Shown one piece after another: positions 8,163 through 16,855 of a stretch of 64,000 nt of DNA. Origin of the DNA: an uncultured bacterium (lineage in GTDB: Bacteria > Auribacterota > UBA3054 > JAPLST01). Position numbers and translations under genes: made by a program. Location: the NCBI GenBank assembly GCA_964397565.1, contig CAYNJC010000007.1, forward strand, positions 5,005 through 69,004, read 5' to 3'. The notes under the pieces were generated by a model. That model made no database searches. It was not told the origin of the DNA and worked only from the letters and a program-made list of their open reading frames with translations. Numbering within the stretch: position 1 is the stretch's first letter; each line of letters starts with the position of its first letter.

Positions 8163-11100
8163 CTAGAAAGAAAGAACAGCCATGGGGGCGCCGTCGCGCG
8201 GGATTTGCCGGCCTTCCGCGTGCTTCCACGACATGGCGGTGCTGAAAACATTCGACTGCGCCAACGAGGCCTTGACCTGGCCGTCGCGCAGCGTGACCAA
8301 TAATTGACCCAGGCGGACTTTGTAAGAATCGCCGGTGTTGTCAACCAGCGTCAGCATATTGTCAGCGCCCAATTTCGCCAAACTTTCCTTGGGCAGCGGC
8401 ACGCGCAGGGCTGCCCAGGCGGCCAGCGGCGGCGGATTGGATGGCAACTGGCCGATGAAGACGCCGTTGAGAAACAGCTGTTTGTTGGCATAGTCGCCGC
8501 CATTGACATCAAAGCAGTCGAGCAGCAGAACGGCCGCACGCGCGCCGGCCAGCTCGCGTTGCACCCGCGCGATGCGGGCGTGATCGACCAGTGCGTCGGC
8601 GTGCGCCAGAAGATTGACGGGGGCCAGCACCTCGTGGGAACTGCGGGCAACATCCTGCAGCAGCGGCAGGGGCCGTGCGCGCGTGGCAGATGTAGCTACG
8701 GCGCTGTGCGTGACCGTCAAGGTTGCATCCTGGTTGCGCTGCTGTGTGGTGAGAAACACCTGCGCGGTTGCGTTCGACGGCACGGCGTCTTTCTGAAATT
8801 GCACGCGGACATCATTGGCGCCGGGCTGCAGACGCAGGGTCAGGAGTTGCCAACCAGTACCGGCATGCCATGCGCCGACAGTGGGCACGTTGTTGATCGT
8901 GAGTTTGGGTGCGAGTGCCTGCGACGACCACAGCACGCATTTCAGCCAGGCCTGTTCCTGCGGGGGCACGAGAATGTCGGCGGTGAACGCCGGCCCGGGC
9001 GCCATGGTTGCGCCACGCACGCAGGTCGTCTCACGGGCCGTGAGGTCCCCGACGCGCACGCGCCATATGCCATCCTCGCCATGCAGGACGGTGGTGCCGG
9101 TTGCATTGACGGCAGTGATGCGCTGCCCCGGCGCGGCGGCGAGGGTGACTTCGCGCGGCGCGCCGTCAACCGCGATGGCAAACTCGGTGGTGGTCGCGTT
9201 GGCTGTCGTAACCCGTGCGCGAGTGCCCAGCACCAGTGGCGCAGTAATCGCGCTGCGGGGATATGACTCAATCTGCACGACGGCCTCGGGTGGAATGTCA
9301 AACGACAAATCCGGGCAGTTGCGCAGCGCGAGGTGCCATGGGTAGACGATGTCGCAGATCTCGTTGGTCAAGCCGAGTTGATCGGCGCGGACAACGAGCG
9401 TACGCAAGCTCGGATTGCGAATGCTGGCATAGGCGCGGCGGCCATCGTTGCCGGTGTAGGCAAACACTGCGCCGGTGCGCGGGTCGCCCAGCGTGAAGGC
9501 CGACTGGGCCATGCACGCATTGAGCGTGGTGGCCCAGCGCAGGCCATGGCCGAGAATGTCCCAGCGCAGCGGGCTGAGTTTGTCCGGCGTGATGTACAAT
9601 TCGCGCATCAGTGTGCCGCGCCCGAGATAGTTCATCAGATAATTGGCCCAGCCCTCATCGTCTTCGGCCGCGACATCATAGACGGTGTGGCGCGCATCCA
9701 CGATGCCGTGTGTCATCAGGGCTGAGAGCGGGAAGGTGTTGCTGTCCGCCACCAGCAGTTGGTACAAGGCGCCATCGCGGTAATTCATCTCGAAGGCGCT
9801 GCCGCGCGAGGCCGGCAGGCGCTTGTCGAAATCATGATCTTTGCCGCCCATCCAAATCGTGTCGCAGTACGGCAGCCACCATGGGCTGGGCCACAGACCG
9901 CTGGTCACGGCCAGGTACAGGTCGGGGCGCAGGCGTCGTTCCATCCGCAACAGATCGAGCAAGGCATTGACGTTTGCTTCACTGCTCTGCAATTCGCCGG
10001 GGAAATGGCCGTGTTCACTGCGACCACAGACGAAATAGTTGAAATCATGTTTGAACAACGCCAAATCCATGTCGTTGACCAATTCGCAAATGCGGTCGCG
10101 GAGAACGCCGTTATAGTTGGTGCCGCTCATGCAATAGTAGGTCTGGCAGGCGACTTCATAGCCGCGCGCGCCACCCCACTCGACATTGAGCATTGTGCCG
10201 CTGAGCGGCAGCCACAGACCGGTGCGAAATCCGAGCTGCGTCAGCGCCGCACCCAGCGGTGCGAGGCCACCCGGGAAACGGTCGACGCGCGGGAACCAAA
10301 TTGAATTCTTGTCTTCCCAGCCATCGTCGAGCACAATCACCTCGAGCGGCAGGTTGTAGCGGGTGCAAGCCGTGCGCAGAGCCGCGACTTGATTGGTGAC
10401 GGCGGCAAAGGTAAGTTGCGTGTCGCGCAAATCGCACCAAGTGTTATAGATCGTCACTGCGCGCGGCGGCCGGCGCAGGGCGGCCATGTACTGGCTGAAT
10501 GCCAGATGGGCTTGCCCGGGCGCGGCCGCGCCCACGACCATGGTTTGCAGTGCCAGCGGCTCTACGCCGAAGCTGGCGCCAGGATACTGGCGCAGCACAA
10601 CCAGACCATTGCTCACGAAGTTGTCATTGAAGGGATGTTCAAGGCCGCAAAAGAAGGTGTTAGCCAGCCAGAGCGGCTGGCCGCGCCCGCCGCCGGACAC
10701 TGTCACCGGCACCTGCCAGCGCGTCTGGTCGGCAAAGTCAATCGCATAGCGTTGCGCATCCGTGGCGCGCAGCGTGATGGTGCGGCGCAGCCAGCCGCCG
10801 GCGCGGTCGGGCTCGAAGCGCAGGGCGATCTGGAAATTCCCGCGCTGCGGCTGCAGCACAAAGGTGGTGCTGCGCAGGCCGCGGATAACCCAGCGTGCCA
10901 CGCACGCGCGCGGCGTAAGCAGCACGCCGTCGCGCACGCAAAATTCAGAACGCGTAACCGCGCCCGGGCCGGCCAGGGCGCGCCAGCCGATTGAGCGCGC
11001 CGTGCCGACCCGCAGCAGGAAGTCGTCACCCTCAATTGGCAGGCGTGTGCGCGAAGGCAGATGTTCGAGCAGAATTGTCTGCACCACACCGTTGCTGATG

Positions 11101-11231
11101 GCGATAGTCCACGCACAAGCGCGACTCTTGATCACATAGACGCCATCGCGGGCGGGCGCATAGCGCCACCAGACAAACGCCAGCGCGGCGATAGTTATCA
11201 CCAGCCCAATTCGTAACTGTAGCCGTGTCAT
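8163..11231 (-). CDS. membrane-anchored glycoside hydrolase, alpha-galactosidase (GH36/GH27 clan)-like
   Basis: 1022 aa from ATG 11231 (MTRLQLRIGLVITIAALAFVWW anchor). Central TIM-barrel motifs: YNTWCDL, LEVIVLDDGWED, FPGGLAPL..LG.RTGLW and FKHDFNYF (the DDGW and K.D motifs of melibiase-type enzymes). A long C-terminal beta-rich region follows. Confidence 0.7.
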   Translation of the reverse strand: MTRLQLRIGLVITIAALAFVWWRYAPARDGVYVIKSRACAWTIAISNGVVQTILLEHLPSRTRLPIEGDDFLLRVGTARSIGWRALAGPGAVTRSEFCVRDGVLLTPRACVARWVIRGLRSTTFVLQPQRGNFQIALRFEPDRAGGWLRRTITLRATDAQRYAIDFADQTRWQVPVTVSGGGRGQPLWLANTFFCGLEHPFNDNFVSNGLVVLRQYPGASFGVEPLALQTMVVGAAAPGQAHLAFSQYMAALRRPPRAVTIYNTWCDLRDTQLTFAAVTNQVAALRTACTRYNLPLEVIVLDDGWEDKNSIWFPRVDRFPGGLAPLGAALTQLGFRTGLWLPLSGTMLNVEWGGARGYEVACQTYYCMSGTNYNGVLRDRICELVNDMDLALFKHDFNYFVCGRSEHGHFPGELQSSEANVNALLDLLRMERRLRPDLYLAVTSGLWPSPWWLPYCDTIWMGGKDHDFDKRLPASRGSAFEMNYRDGALYQLLVADSNTFPLSALMTHGIVDARHTVYDVAAEDDEGWANYLMNYLGRGTLMRELYITPDKLSPLRWDILGHGLRWATTLNACMAQSAFTLGDPRTGAVFAYTGNDGRRAYASIRNPSLRTLVVRADQLGLTNEICDIVYPWHLALRNCPDLSFDIPPEAVVQIESYPRSAITAPLVLGTRARVTTANATTTEFAIAVDGAPREVTLAAAPGQRITAVNATGTTVLHGEDGIWRVRVGDLTARETTCVRGATMAPGPAFTADILVPPQEQAWLKCVLWSSQALAPKLTINNVPTVGAWHAGTGWQLLTLRLQPGANDVRVQFQKDAVPSNATAQVFLTTQQRNQDATLTVTHSAVATSATRARPLPLLQDVARSSHEVLAPVNLLAHADALVDHARIARVQRELAGARAAVLLLDCFDVNGGDYANKQLFLNGVFIGQLPSNPPPLAAWAALRVPLPKESLAKLGADNMLTLVDNTGDSYKVRLGQLLVTLRDGQVKASLAQSNVFSTAMSWKHAEGRQIPRDGAPMAVLSF

Positions 11232-11265
11232 GTAAAGTCCGTTAAGATAACTTACTAAGCGCTCA

Positions 11266-11274
11266 TTATAGCAG
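11266..11274 (-). promoter_or_regulatory. putative extended -10 (TGCTATAAT, minus strand) for the glycosidase gene
   Basis: ATTATAGCA on the plus strand, about 35 nt upstream of ATG 11231. Confidence 0.45.
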
Positions 11275-11325
11275 AACCGCAATAATCCGAGCAACCCGTA
11301 TCATAAGTGCCGCTAACGCAGAAGA

Positions 11326-11382
11326 AAAATGGATGTGCGGCACATCCATTTTGTACAAAACGGTTTGCCACAAACCGTTTTT
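11326..11382. other. two adjacent A-tract/stem/T-tract palindromes
   Basis: The two palindromes are AAAATGGATGTG-CGG-CACATCCATTTT (11326-11352) and AAAACGGTTTG-CCA-CAAACCGTTTTT (11357-11382). They lie between divergently transcribed genes, just upstream of the trpB2 promoter. Confidence 0.6.
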
Positions 11383-11394
11383 CTCAAAAACCGG

Positions 11395-11424
11395 TTGACA
11401 AGCGAGCGCCAGAATGTCTACAAT
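11395..11424 (+). promoter_or_regulatory. sigma70-like promoter for the TrpB2 gene
   Basis: TTGACA (11395-11400), an 18-nt spacer, then TACAAT (11419-11424); the ATG follows 79 nt downstream. Confidence 0.55.
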
Positions 11425-11502
11425 TCTAGTTTGAACAAATTTGGGCGACGCCGCAGCTTTTGCGATTGTCCGGCGTGGCCTGTAGCTAGCACCCGAACCG
11501 AC

Positions 11503-12867
11503 ATGAACGATTACAAGATTCTGCTCCCGGAACGCGAGCTGCCAAAACAATGGTACAATGTCATTGCTGATCTGCCGGCGCCCTTGCCGCCGCCGCTGCA
11601 TCCCGGCACCGGCCAAGTGACCAAGCCGGAGGATCTGCAGGCGATTTTTCCGATGGCACTGATCGAGCAGGAAGTCAGCACCCGGCGCTGGATTGACATT
11701 CCGGAGGAGATTCTCGACATTCTGCGCTTGTGGCGCCCCTCGCCGCTTTTTCGCGCGCACCGCCTCGAAGTTGCGCTCGGCACACCGGCCAAAATATTTT
11801 ACAAGTATGAAGGGGTTTCGCCGGCCGGCAGTCACAAACCCAATACCGCCATCGCCCAGGCCTATTACAACAAAAAGGCCGGCATCAAACGCCTGGCGAC
11901 AGAAACCGGCGCGGGCCAATGGGGCAGTGCCTTGGCCCTCGCCTGCAACTTTTTTGATATCGAGTGCTTGGTCTACATGGTCAAGTGCAGCTATTATCAA
12001 AAACCGTATCGGCGCACCATGATGCATTGCTGGGGCGCGCACTGCATTCCGTCGCCGAGTGACCGCACCCAATCGGGCCGCGCCGTTCTGGCCGAAGACC
12101 CGGACTGCCCGGGCAGTCTCGGGATCGCGATCAGTGAGGCAGTCGAAGATGCGCTCGCGCGCACCGATACGAATTATGCGCTGGGCAGCGTCTTGAATCA
12201 CGTCATGCTCCATCAAACCGTCATCGGCCTTGAGACCATCAAGCAGTTGCGCACGGCGGGCGCGACGCCGGATGTGCTGATCGGCTGTTGCGGCGGCGGC
12301 AGCAATTTTGCCGGGATGGTCTTTCCGTTTGTGCCGGAAAAAGCGGCCGGAAAAAACATCCGCTTGGTGGCCGTCGAGCCGTCTGCCTGCCCGACCATGA
12401 CCAAGGGACAGTATGCCTATGACTTTGGCGACAAGAGCGGCATGACTCCGTTGTTGAAAATGGACACACTCGGTCACGACTTCATTCCGCCGGGGATTCA
12501 TGCCGGCGGGTTGCGCTATCACGGCATGTCGCCGCTGGTCAGCCTGCTGCATCGCTGCGGCGTGATCGAGGCGACCAACTACAACCAACTAAAGTGCTTT
12601 GAGTCGGCCATCCTGTTCGCGCGCGCCGAAGGCATCATTGTCGCGCCGGAAACGTCGCACGCCGTGGCGTGCGCGGTGGACGAAGCGCTGAAGGCAAAGG
12701 AAGAAGGCGTGCCGCGCACGATTGTCTTTTGCCTTAGCGGCCACGGCCATCTGGACCTGGCTTCGTATGAGAAATATTTTGCCGGCGAACTGACCGACTT
12801 CGAGTATCCCGTCGAAAAAATCAAGGAATCACTGGCCCATTTGCCGAAGGTCAACGCGCCGGTCTGA
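11503..12867 (+). CDS. trpB: TrpB-like pyridoxal-phosphate enzyme (TrpB2-type tryptophan synthase beta chain)
   Basis: From ATG 11503 the protein reads [25 protein letters not shown]...[24 protein letters not shown]...[12 protein letters not shown]...[12 protein letters not shown]. The long N-terminal extension and GSHK PLP-lysine motif are typical of TrpB2. No other trp genes are adjacent. The track start at 11329 is an upstream extension through the promoter. Confidence 0.88.
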   Translation: MNDYKILLPERELPKQWYNVIADLPAPLPPPLHPGTGQVTKPEDLQAIFPMALIEQEVSTRRWIDIPEEILDILRLWRPSPLFRAHRLEVALGTPAKIFYKYEGVSPAGSHKPNTAIAQAYYNKKAGIKRLATETGAGQWGSALALACNFFDIECLVYMVKCSYYQKPYRRTMMHCWGAHCIPSPSDRTQSGRAVLAEDPDCPGSLGIAISEAVEDALARTDTNYALGSVLNHVMLHQTVIGLETIKQLRTAGATPDVLIGCCGGGSNFAGMVFPFVPEKAAGKNIRLVAVEPSACPTMTKGQYAYDFGDKSGMTPLLKMDTLGHDFIPPGIHAGGLRYHGMSPLVSLLHRCGVIEATNYNQLKCFESAILFARAEGIIVAPETSHAVACAVDEALKAKEEGVPRTIVFCLSGHGHLDLASYEKYFAGELTDFEYPVEKIKESLAHLPKVNAPV

Positions 12868-12911
12868 TCGCCATCCGCCACTCACCAACTGCGAATGGGT
12901 GTGCAGAGACC

Positions 12912-13003
12912 CCCACGGCCTTGCGCCGTGGGTGAATGAGATTGATGGAGCCCGCCGCCGCCGTTCTTGCCAATCTCTTCTTCCACCGGCACAAGGCCGG
13001 TGG
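12912..13003. repeat. pair of similar GC-rich hairpins in intergenic spacer
   Basis: The hairpins are CCCACGGC-CTTGC-GCCGTGGG (12912-12932) and CCACCGGC-ACAAG-GCCGGTGG (12983-13003). Both are 8-bp stems with 5-nt loops, and neither is followed by a T-run. Confidence 0.5.
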
Positions 13004-13039
13004 GGAGGTTTGGGGACTAACAAACTGTAGGAGCCCACC

Positions 13040-13606
13040 ATGAAAGTAGTCAGCATTATTGGCAGTCCGCGCAAGAATTCATGCAGCGCGGCGCTGGCCG
13101 CAGCGGTATGCGACGGCGCGCGCGAGCGCGGCGCGAGCATTGAAACGGTGCGCCTGGCGGCGTTGACCTATCATGGCTGCATCGCCTGCATGGCCTGCAA
13201 GCGGACCCATGAGGAATGCGTGGTGCAGGATGGCTTGACGGATGTGCTCGCGGCGGTGCGCGCGTGCGACGTGCTGGTGCTCTCGACGCCGGTCTATTTT
13301 GGCGAGGTGACGGCCCAGATGAAAGGATTCATTGACCGGACGTTTTCCTTTCTGGTCCCAGACTTTCATGAGAATCCTGGCAAAAGCCGCCTGGCTGCCG
13401 GCAAGAAACTGGTCTTTGTGCAAACGCAAGGGCATCCGGATCAGAGCACCTTCGCGGATATTTTCCCGCGCTATGAATTTTTTCTGAAGTGGCTGGGCTT
13501 TGATCCGATCACGTTATTGCGTGTCTGTGGCCCGGAAGATGCCGGCGAAGTGGTGCAGCGCGCCGAAGTGCGGCAGCGCATCGCCGAGATTGTCGCCGTA
13601 CTATAG
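13040..13606 (+). CDS. NAD(P)H-dependent FMN reductase / iron-sulfur flavoprotein-like oxidoreductase
   Basis: MKVVSIIGSPRKNSCSAALA...LSTPVYFGEVTAQMKGFIDR matches the flavodoxin-like fold NADPH-dependent FMN reductase pattern. A Cys cluster CIACMACK is present. AGGAG precedes the ATG. Confidence 0.8.
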   Translation: MKVVSIIGSPRKNSCSAALAAAVCDGARERGASIETVRLAALTYHGCIACMACKRTHEECVVQDGLTDVLAAVRACDVLVLSTPVYFGEVTAQMKGFIDRTFSFLVPDFHENPGKSRLAAGKKLVFVQTQGHPDQSTFADIFPRYEFFLKWLGFDPITLLRVCGPEDAGEVVQRAEVRQRIAEIVAVL

Positions 13607-13654
13607 ACGGTTGTTTTCAATCGACATTTTTTGTTGTTTGTGACGCCGGGCGGT

Positions 13655-15542
13655 CTAGTGTCGCCGCCCGGCGGCGCGGCACCATAGCAGCAGCGCGGCG
13701 CAGGCGGTCAGCAGCGCCGGCTCGGGAATCACCGCGGTGGTTATGGCCCATTGCTTGGGCGGCACGGCCAGGGCCGCGGGCAGCAGCGGCGTCGTCTCGC
13801 TGGCTAGTGAGTAGAAATTCACATAATTCGTCTTGCTGGCCGGATTCCAGGCAACCAGCGTCGCATGGATGCCCTTGACAAACGCGGCGTTGAAGACATA
13901 GTCGTGATTGGCATCACTTGGCGCAACGGCGTGGCCGATGATCGTCCAGTCGGGCGGCCCGTGCTGTTCGATGGCGTCGAGAAAACTGGCGACGTAACTA
14001 ATGGTCAGCTCGGCCGGGTTGAGCGCGAAGTTGCCGGGATTGCTACCCAAGGTCGGATTGCTGAATCTTTGGTCGCCCGACATGAGCATGATCCACGGCG
14101 CTTGATAGGAGAAATTGGTGCCGATGGTCTGGGTGGTACAATTGGCAATCGCCATGTTGAGATAGAACTGCAGCGGCGTAACACCGGCGACGAACAAATT
14201 GCTCGAACCGACGTAGGGCACGGTCGCGTCCGGGTAATTGCCCAAGGCCTTCCGTGTACTGCCGCGCATTGGCCAGATGGTAGGCCTGAATGAATGCGGC
14301 CGCATTGGTGCGGTTCGCCGGGTAGTTGCGCTGGGTCGGCACGCTGGCGATGACCAGCCAGGTCTTGGCGGTGGGCGCCAGCGTCAAAAAATGATTCTGA
14401 AAGCCGCTATAGTTGTCGAGTGTAACATTCACCGCGGCGTTGCTGCGATAGTACACGGCCCACGTCGTCCAGTTGTCCTGAAAGCCGTTGGGATTGGCCT
14501 GCTTGTTTGATGGACTACTGTCGGGGAACGGGCAGTTTTGGTTGGCGTAGATCAGGAAGTACATGACGTCGCTGACGCCGGGGACAGGTTGCGGTGCCGT
14601 GCTGCCGAGCGTGCTCGTGCCTGATACGGTGCCGTGCCCGACGGCATCCGCGCTGGCATTGCGCAAGATCAGGTAGGGGATGCCGCGTGCTTCAATCCAA
14701 GTGAATGGCGCGCCTTGACAGACGCACATCTTGAGATACGTGCCTTGGCCTGGCTGGCCAAAGGCGGTCGTGACATAGGGATCGGCAGGATTCTGATAGA
14801 TGATGTCGGCATCAAAATCACCCATGCGGTCGACCAAGGTGCCCTCGGGACTCCAGGCGGGCAGGACGTCGAGCGGGCCGCCCGGCGGGGTGTTAGTCAT
14901 CGGTACCAAGCGCAAATCAGGCAGCAGGGGATTGGCAATAAAACCAAGCGGACTGCATTGCTTCCAGTAGGTTGCATTGGCCGGTGTCATCAGGCTCAGC
15001 ACATTGGTGGGCCATTGCGCGGCATTTGCGAGATACGGATACACACCACACAAACTAATGCCGCGGTCAAGAATGGCCTGGGCTTCGTTCTGGGCGGAGT
15101 GGGGTGGCGAGCTGTACGACAAGGAAAACGTCTGCAGGAAGACCGGGTGCTGCACGAAGTTGCCGGGAAACCACCCGCCGCCGATCGGATTGACGCAGGC
15201 GGCGTTGGTCCAGAAGCCGGCGGCGGACTCGGGCCCCGTCGAGGTCCAGAGATCCGGTTCGGCCTTGCCGGTGCCCCACAGCGCCCCACCCAGCCATGAA
15301 TGCGTGCGGTACGGCTGCGCCAGATTCGGCGTGGCGGCAACTGTGGCTGGTGCGGCCAGGCGCGGATAGATCACCGGATTGGGCGTGGTGGTCTGGAAGA
15401 ACGTCGCGCCTTGCTGAATGCGCGTGCCCCATGGATCATCGGGCGGCCACGCCGCGCGGCACACCAACTCCGGCATCACGACTAAGACAAGCATTGTGCA
15501 TAGTAACACGTACTGCATTGCAGCTGCTCGGCCGGATGTCAT
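13655..15542 (-). pseudogene. PEP-CTERM-anchored secreted protein interrupted by a single-nucleotide frameshift (or sequencing error)
   Basis: Track ORFs 14043..15542 and 13655..14305 overlap in different frames. Plausible sequence switches frame at ...ANARQYTEGLG | NYPDATVPYVGSSN, around the CCC run at 14241-14243. The combined span is 1888 nt (3n+1). The N-terminus is a signal peptide (MQYVLLCTMLVLVVMPELVCRAA). The C-terminus is IPEPALLTACAALLLWCRAAGRRH (PEP motif, TM, basic tail). AGGAGA precedes ATG 15542. Confidence 0.7.
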
Positions 15543-15595
15543 GACACGTTCTCCTGCTAGTGGTGAACTGTTATGCTATGGCACAATCCAGAAGC

Positions 15596-16303
15596 CTATT
15601 TCACCATGCCGACAAAGCCCATGAAGGCAATCGCCATCAAGCCGGCGATGACAAAGGCCAGCGGCATGCCGCGCAACGGCTTGGGCACGTCGCACAAGGC
15701 TAGGCGCTCGCGAATGCCGGACATCAGCAACAATGCGACCGTAAAGCCGATGCCACCGCCAAAACCATTGATAATCGCGAACAGGAAACTGTCCGGTTGC
15801 CCATAGCCAAGCTGTTTGCCGCCGATGGTCATGCCCTGAATATTCAGAATGGCGACGGCCAGCACGGCGCAATTGGTCGTGATCAGCGGCAGGTAAATGC
15901 CGAGTGCCGTGTACAGCGCCGGGCTGACTTTGCGAATGACCATCTCGACAAATTGCACCAGCACGGCAATGACGAGAATGAACGAGAGCGTGTCAAGAAA
16001 GCGCAAGTCGAAGTTTTTGAGCAGGTAGGCCTGCAACGCGGCGGCACCGCCGGTGGCGGGCGCATGGCCGAAGAGTTGGTACAGGACATTGGCCGTGCTG
16101 GGATACAGAAAAAAGTGATAGACAACCCAGGAGGCGGCGCTGGCCATGGTCATCACAAAAATAATGGCGAGCCCCATGCCGGTCGCCGACTTGCTGTCGT
16201 TCGAGACGCCCACGTACGGGCAATTGCCCAGAAACTTCGCGAAGACAAAGTTGTTGACGAAGATGGTCGAGAGCAGGACGAGGAGAATGGTGGCGATGGT
16301 CAT
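15596..16303 (-). CDS. rnfA: Rnf electron transport complex subunit A
   Basis: The sequence FVNNFVFAKFLGNCPYVGVS...GMGLAIIFVMT...ALYTALGIYLPLITTNCAVLAV...IRERL matches the RnfA/NqrE family. At 235 aa it is about 40 aa longer than typical RnfA because of internal insertions. Confidence 0.85.
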   Translation of the reverse strand: MTIATILLVLLSTIFVNNFVFAKFLGNCPYVGVSNDSKSATGMGLAIIFVMTMASAASWVVYHFFLYPSTANVLYQLFGHAPATGGAAALQAYLLKNFDLRFLDTLSFILVIAVLVQFVEMVIRKVSPALYTALGIYLPLITTNCAVLAVAILNIQGMTIGGKQLGYGQPDSFLFAIINGFGGGIGFTVALLLMSGIRERLALCDVPKPLRGMPLAFVIAGLMAIAFMGFVGMVK

Positions 16304-16305
16304 GG

Positions 16306-16372
16306 TGTGGTCGGTGCGTCGGTTGTCAGTGCGTCGGTGCGTCGGTTATCGGTGCGTCAGTGCGTCGGTGGG
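16306..16372. repeat. V-type stutter array (GGTGCGTC[A/G]GT words), left boundary of four-helix-bundle cassette
   Basis: The array reads GTGTGGTCGGTGCGTCGGTTGTCAGTGCGTCGGTGCGTCGGTTATCGGTGCGTCAGTGCGTCGGTGGGG. It starts 3 nt after the rnfA ATG region, and its complement encodes the tail (HRRTDAPITDAPTH*) of the cassette ORF. Confidence 0.8.
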
Positions 16373-16796
16373 GCGAGTGATGGCAGAAACTGTCAGCCTG
16401 AGCCATCATAGCATGCAGCATTTTTCCAATACTTTGGCATGTTGACAGTAGTTTATCTCGCGTGGCCATATCAATATAACCGCACCTCCACGCGATAAGG
16501 ATCCAATGTTGCGTTTCCAACTGTTCGGCGTCCGCATCAGTGAGTTTCGAGATGAAGTGTGCGATGTAGTTGCGCTTGCCCCATGCTTCCGCGATTGCAG
16601 CGCCAATGGCGCGCGATGAGCGCCTCGTTTGATCGGTAAGTGAATAGACTTCCTCACGGGGAAACTCTCGTGACAGAGTAAACATATCCATGGCGAACTC
16701 TTGGCTCACTTTGTAGACGTTAAGTTCGCTAAAAGATTGTGCAAGGCGCGTGTGCATTGCCTCCGCATCTTGAATTGTATCTAACAACGGGTTCAT
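16326..16796 (-). CDS. four-helix-bundle protein (23S rRNA intervening-sequence protein family, TIGR02436-like)
   Basis: From ATG 16796: ...VYKVSQEFAMDMFTLSREFPREEVYSLTDQTRRSSRAIGAAIAEAWGKRNYIAHFISKLTDADAEQLETQHWILIAWRCGYI. The FP+EE.Y.L..Q.RR...SI..NIAEG-like core is present. Local GC is lower. The track start at 16937 would overlap rnfE and is rejected. Confidence 0.8.
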   Translation of the reverse strand: MNPLLDTIQDAEAMHTRLAQSFSELNVYKVSQEFAMDMFTLSREFPREEVYSLTDQTRRSSRAIGAAIAEAWGKRNYIAHFISKLTDADAEQLETQHWILIAWRCGYIDMATRDKLLSTCQSIGKMLHAMMAQADSFCHHSPHRRTDAPITDAPTH

Positions 16797-16814
16797 CAAA
16801 GAAGCACCTGCTTG

Positions 16815-16855
16815 CTGATGCACTGACGTACCGATGCACTGATCACCGACGCACC
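16815..16855. repeat. V-type array in inverted orientation, right boundary of four-helix-bundle cassette
   Basis: The sequence CTGATGCACTGACGTACCGATGCACTGATCACCGACGCACC is, in reverse complement, about 80% identical over about 35 nt to 16311-16350. It abuts the rnfE stop (16855-16857). Confidence 0.75.

Noticed and set aside
8304-9266. 320-aa plus-strand ORF (and several others from 8.3 to 11.1 kb) opposite the glycosidase gene; likewise 18157..19038 opposite rnfD, 60774..61745 opposite the HI0933 gene, 23215..24396 opposite the kinase-like gene, 45892..46929 opposite the permease/ATPase, and 1514..2422 and 2474..3286 opposite the SGL-DUF362 gene
   Set aside because: The same antisense-shadow reasoning applies. 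Each overlaps a gene with strong family motifs on the other strand.
11266-12588. 440-aa minus-strand ORF opposite the TrpB2 gene
   Set aside because: This is an antisense shadow ORF typical of high-GC DNA. It is rich in Arg/Ala/Gly/His and has no recognisable motif, whereas the plus strand encodes an unmistakable TrpB-like enzyme over the same bases.
13645-13672. Hairpin GCCGGGCGG-N10-CCGCCCGGC as a bidirectional terminator between convergent genes
   Set aside because: No U-run follows the stem in either transcriptional direction: the T-run precedes it on the plus strand and an A-rich tract follows it on the minus strand. The stem also overlaps the stop codon of the PEP-CTERM gene. The evidence is not sufficient to call a terminator.
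14235-14255. Programmed ribosomal frameshift in the PEP-CTERM gene
   Set aside because: There is no slippery heptamer (X XXY YYZ) and no obvious downstream pseudoknot or hairpin. A homopolymer indel, real or a sequencing error, is the simpler explanation.
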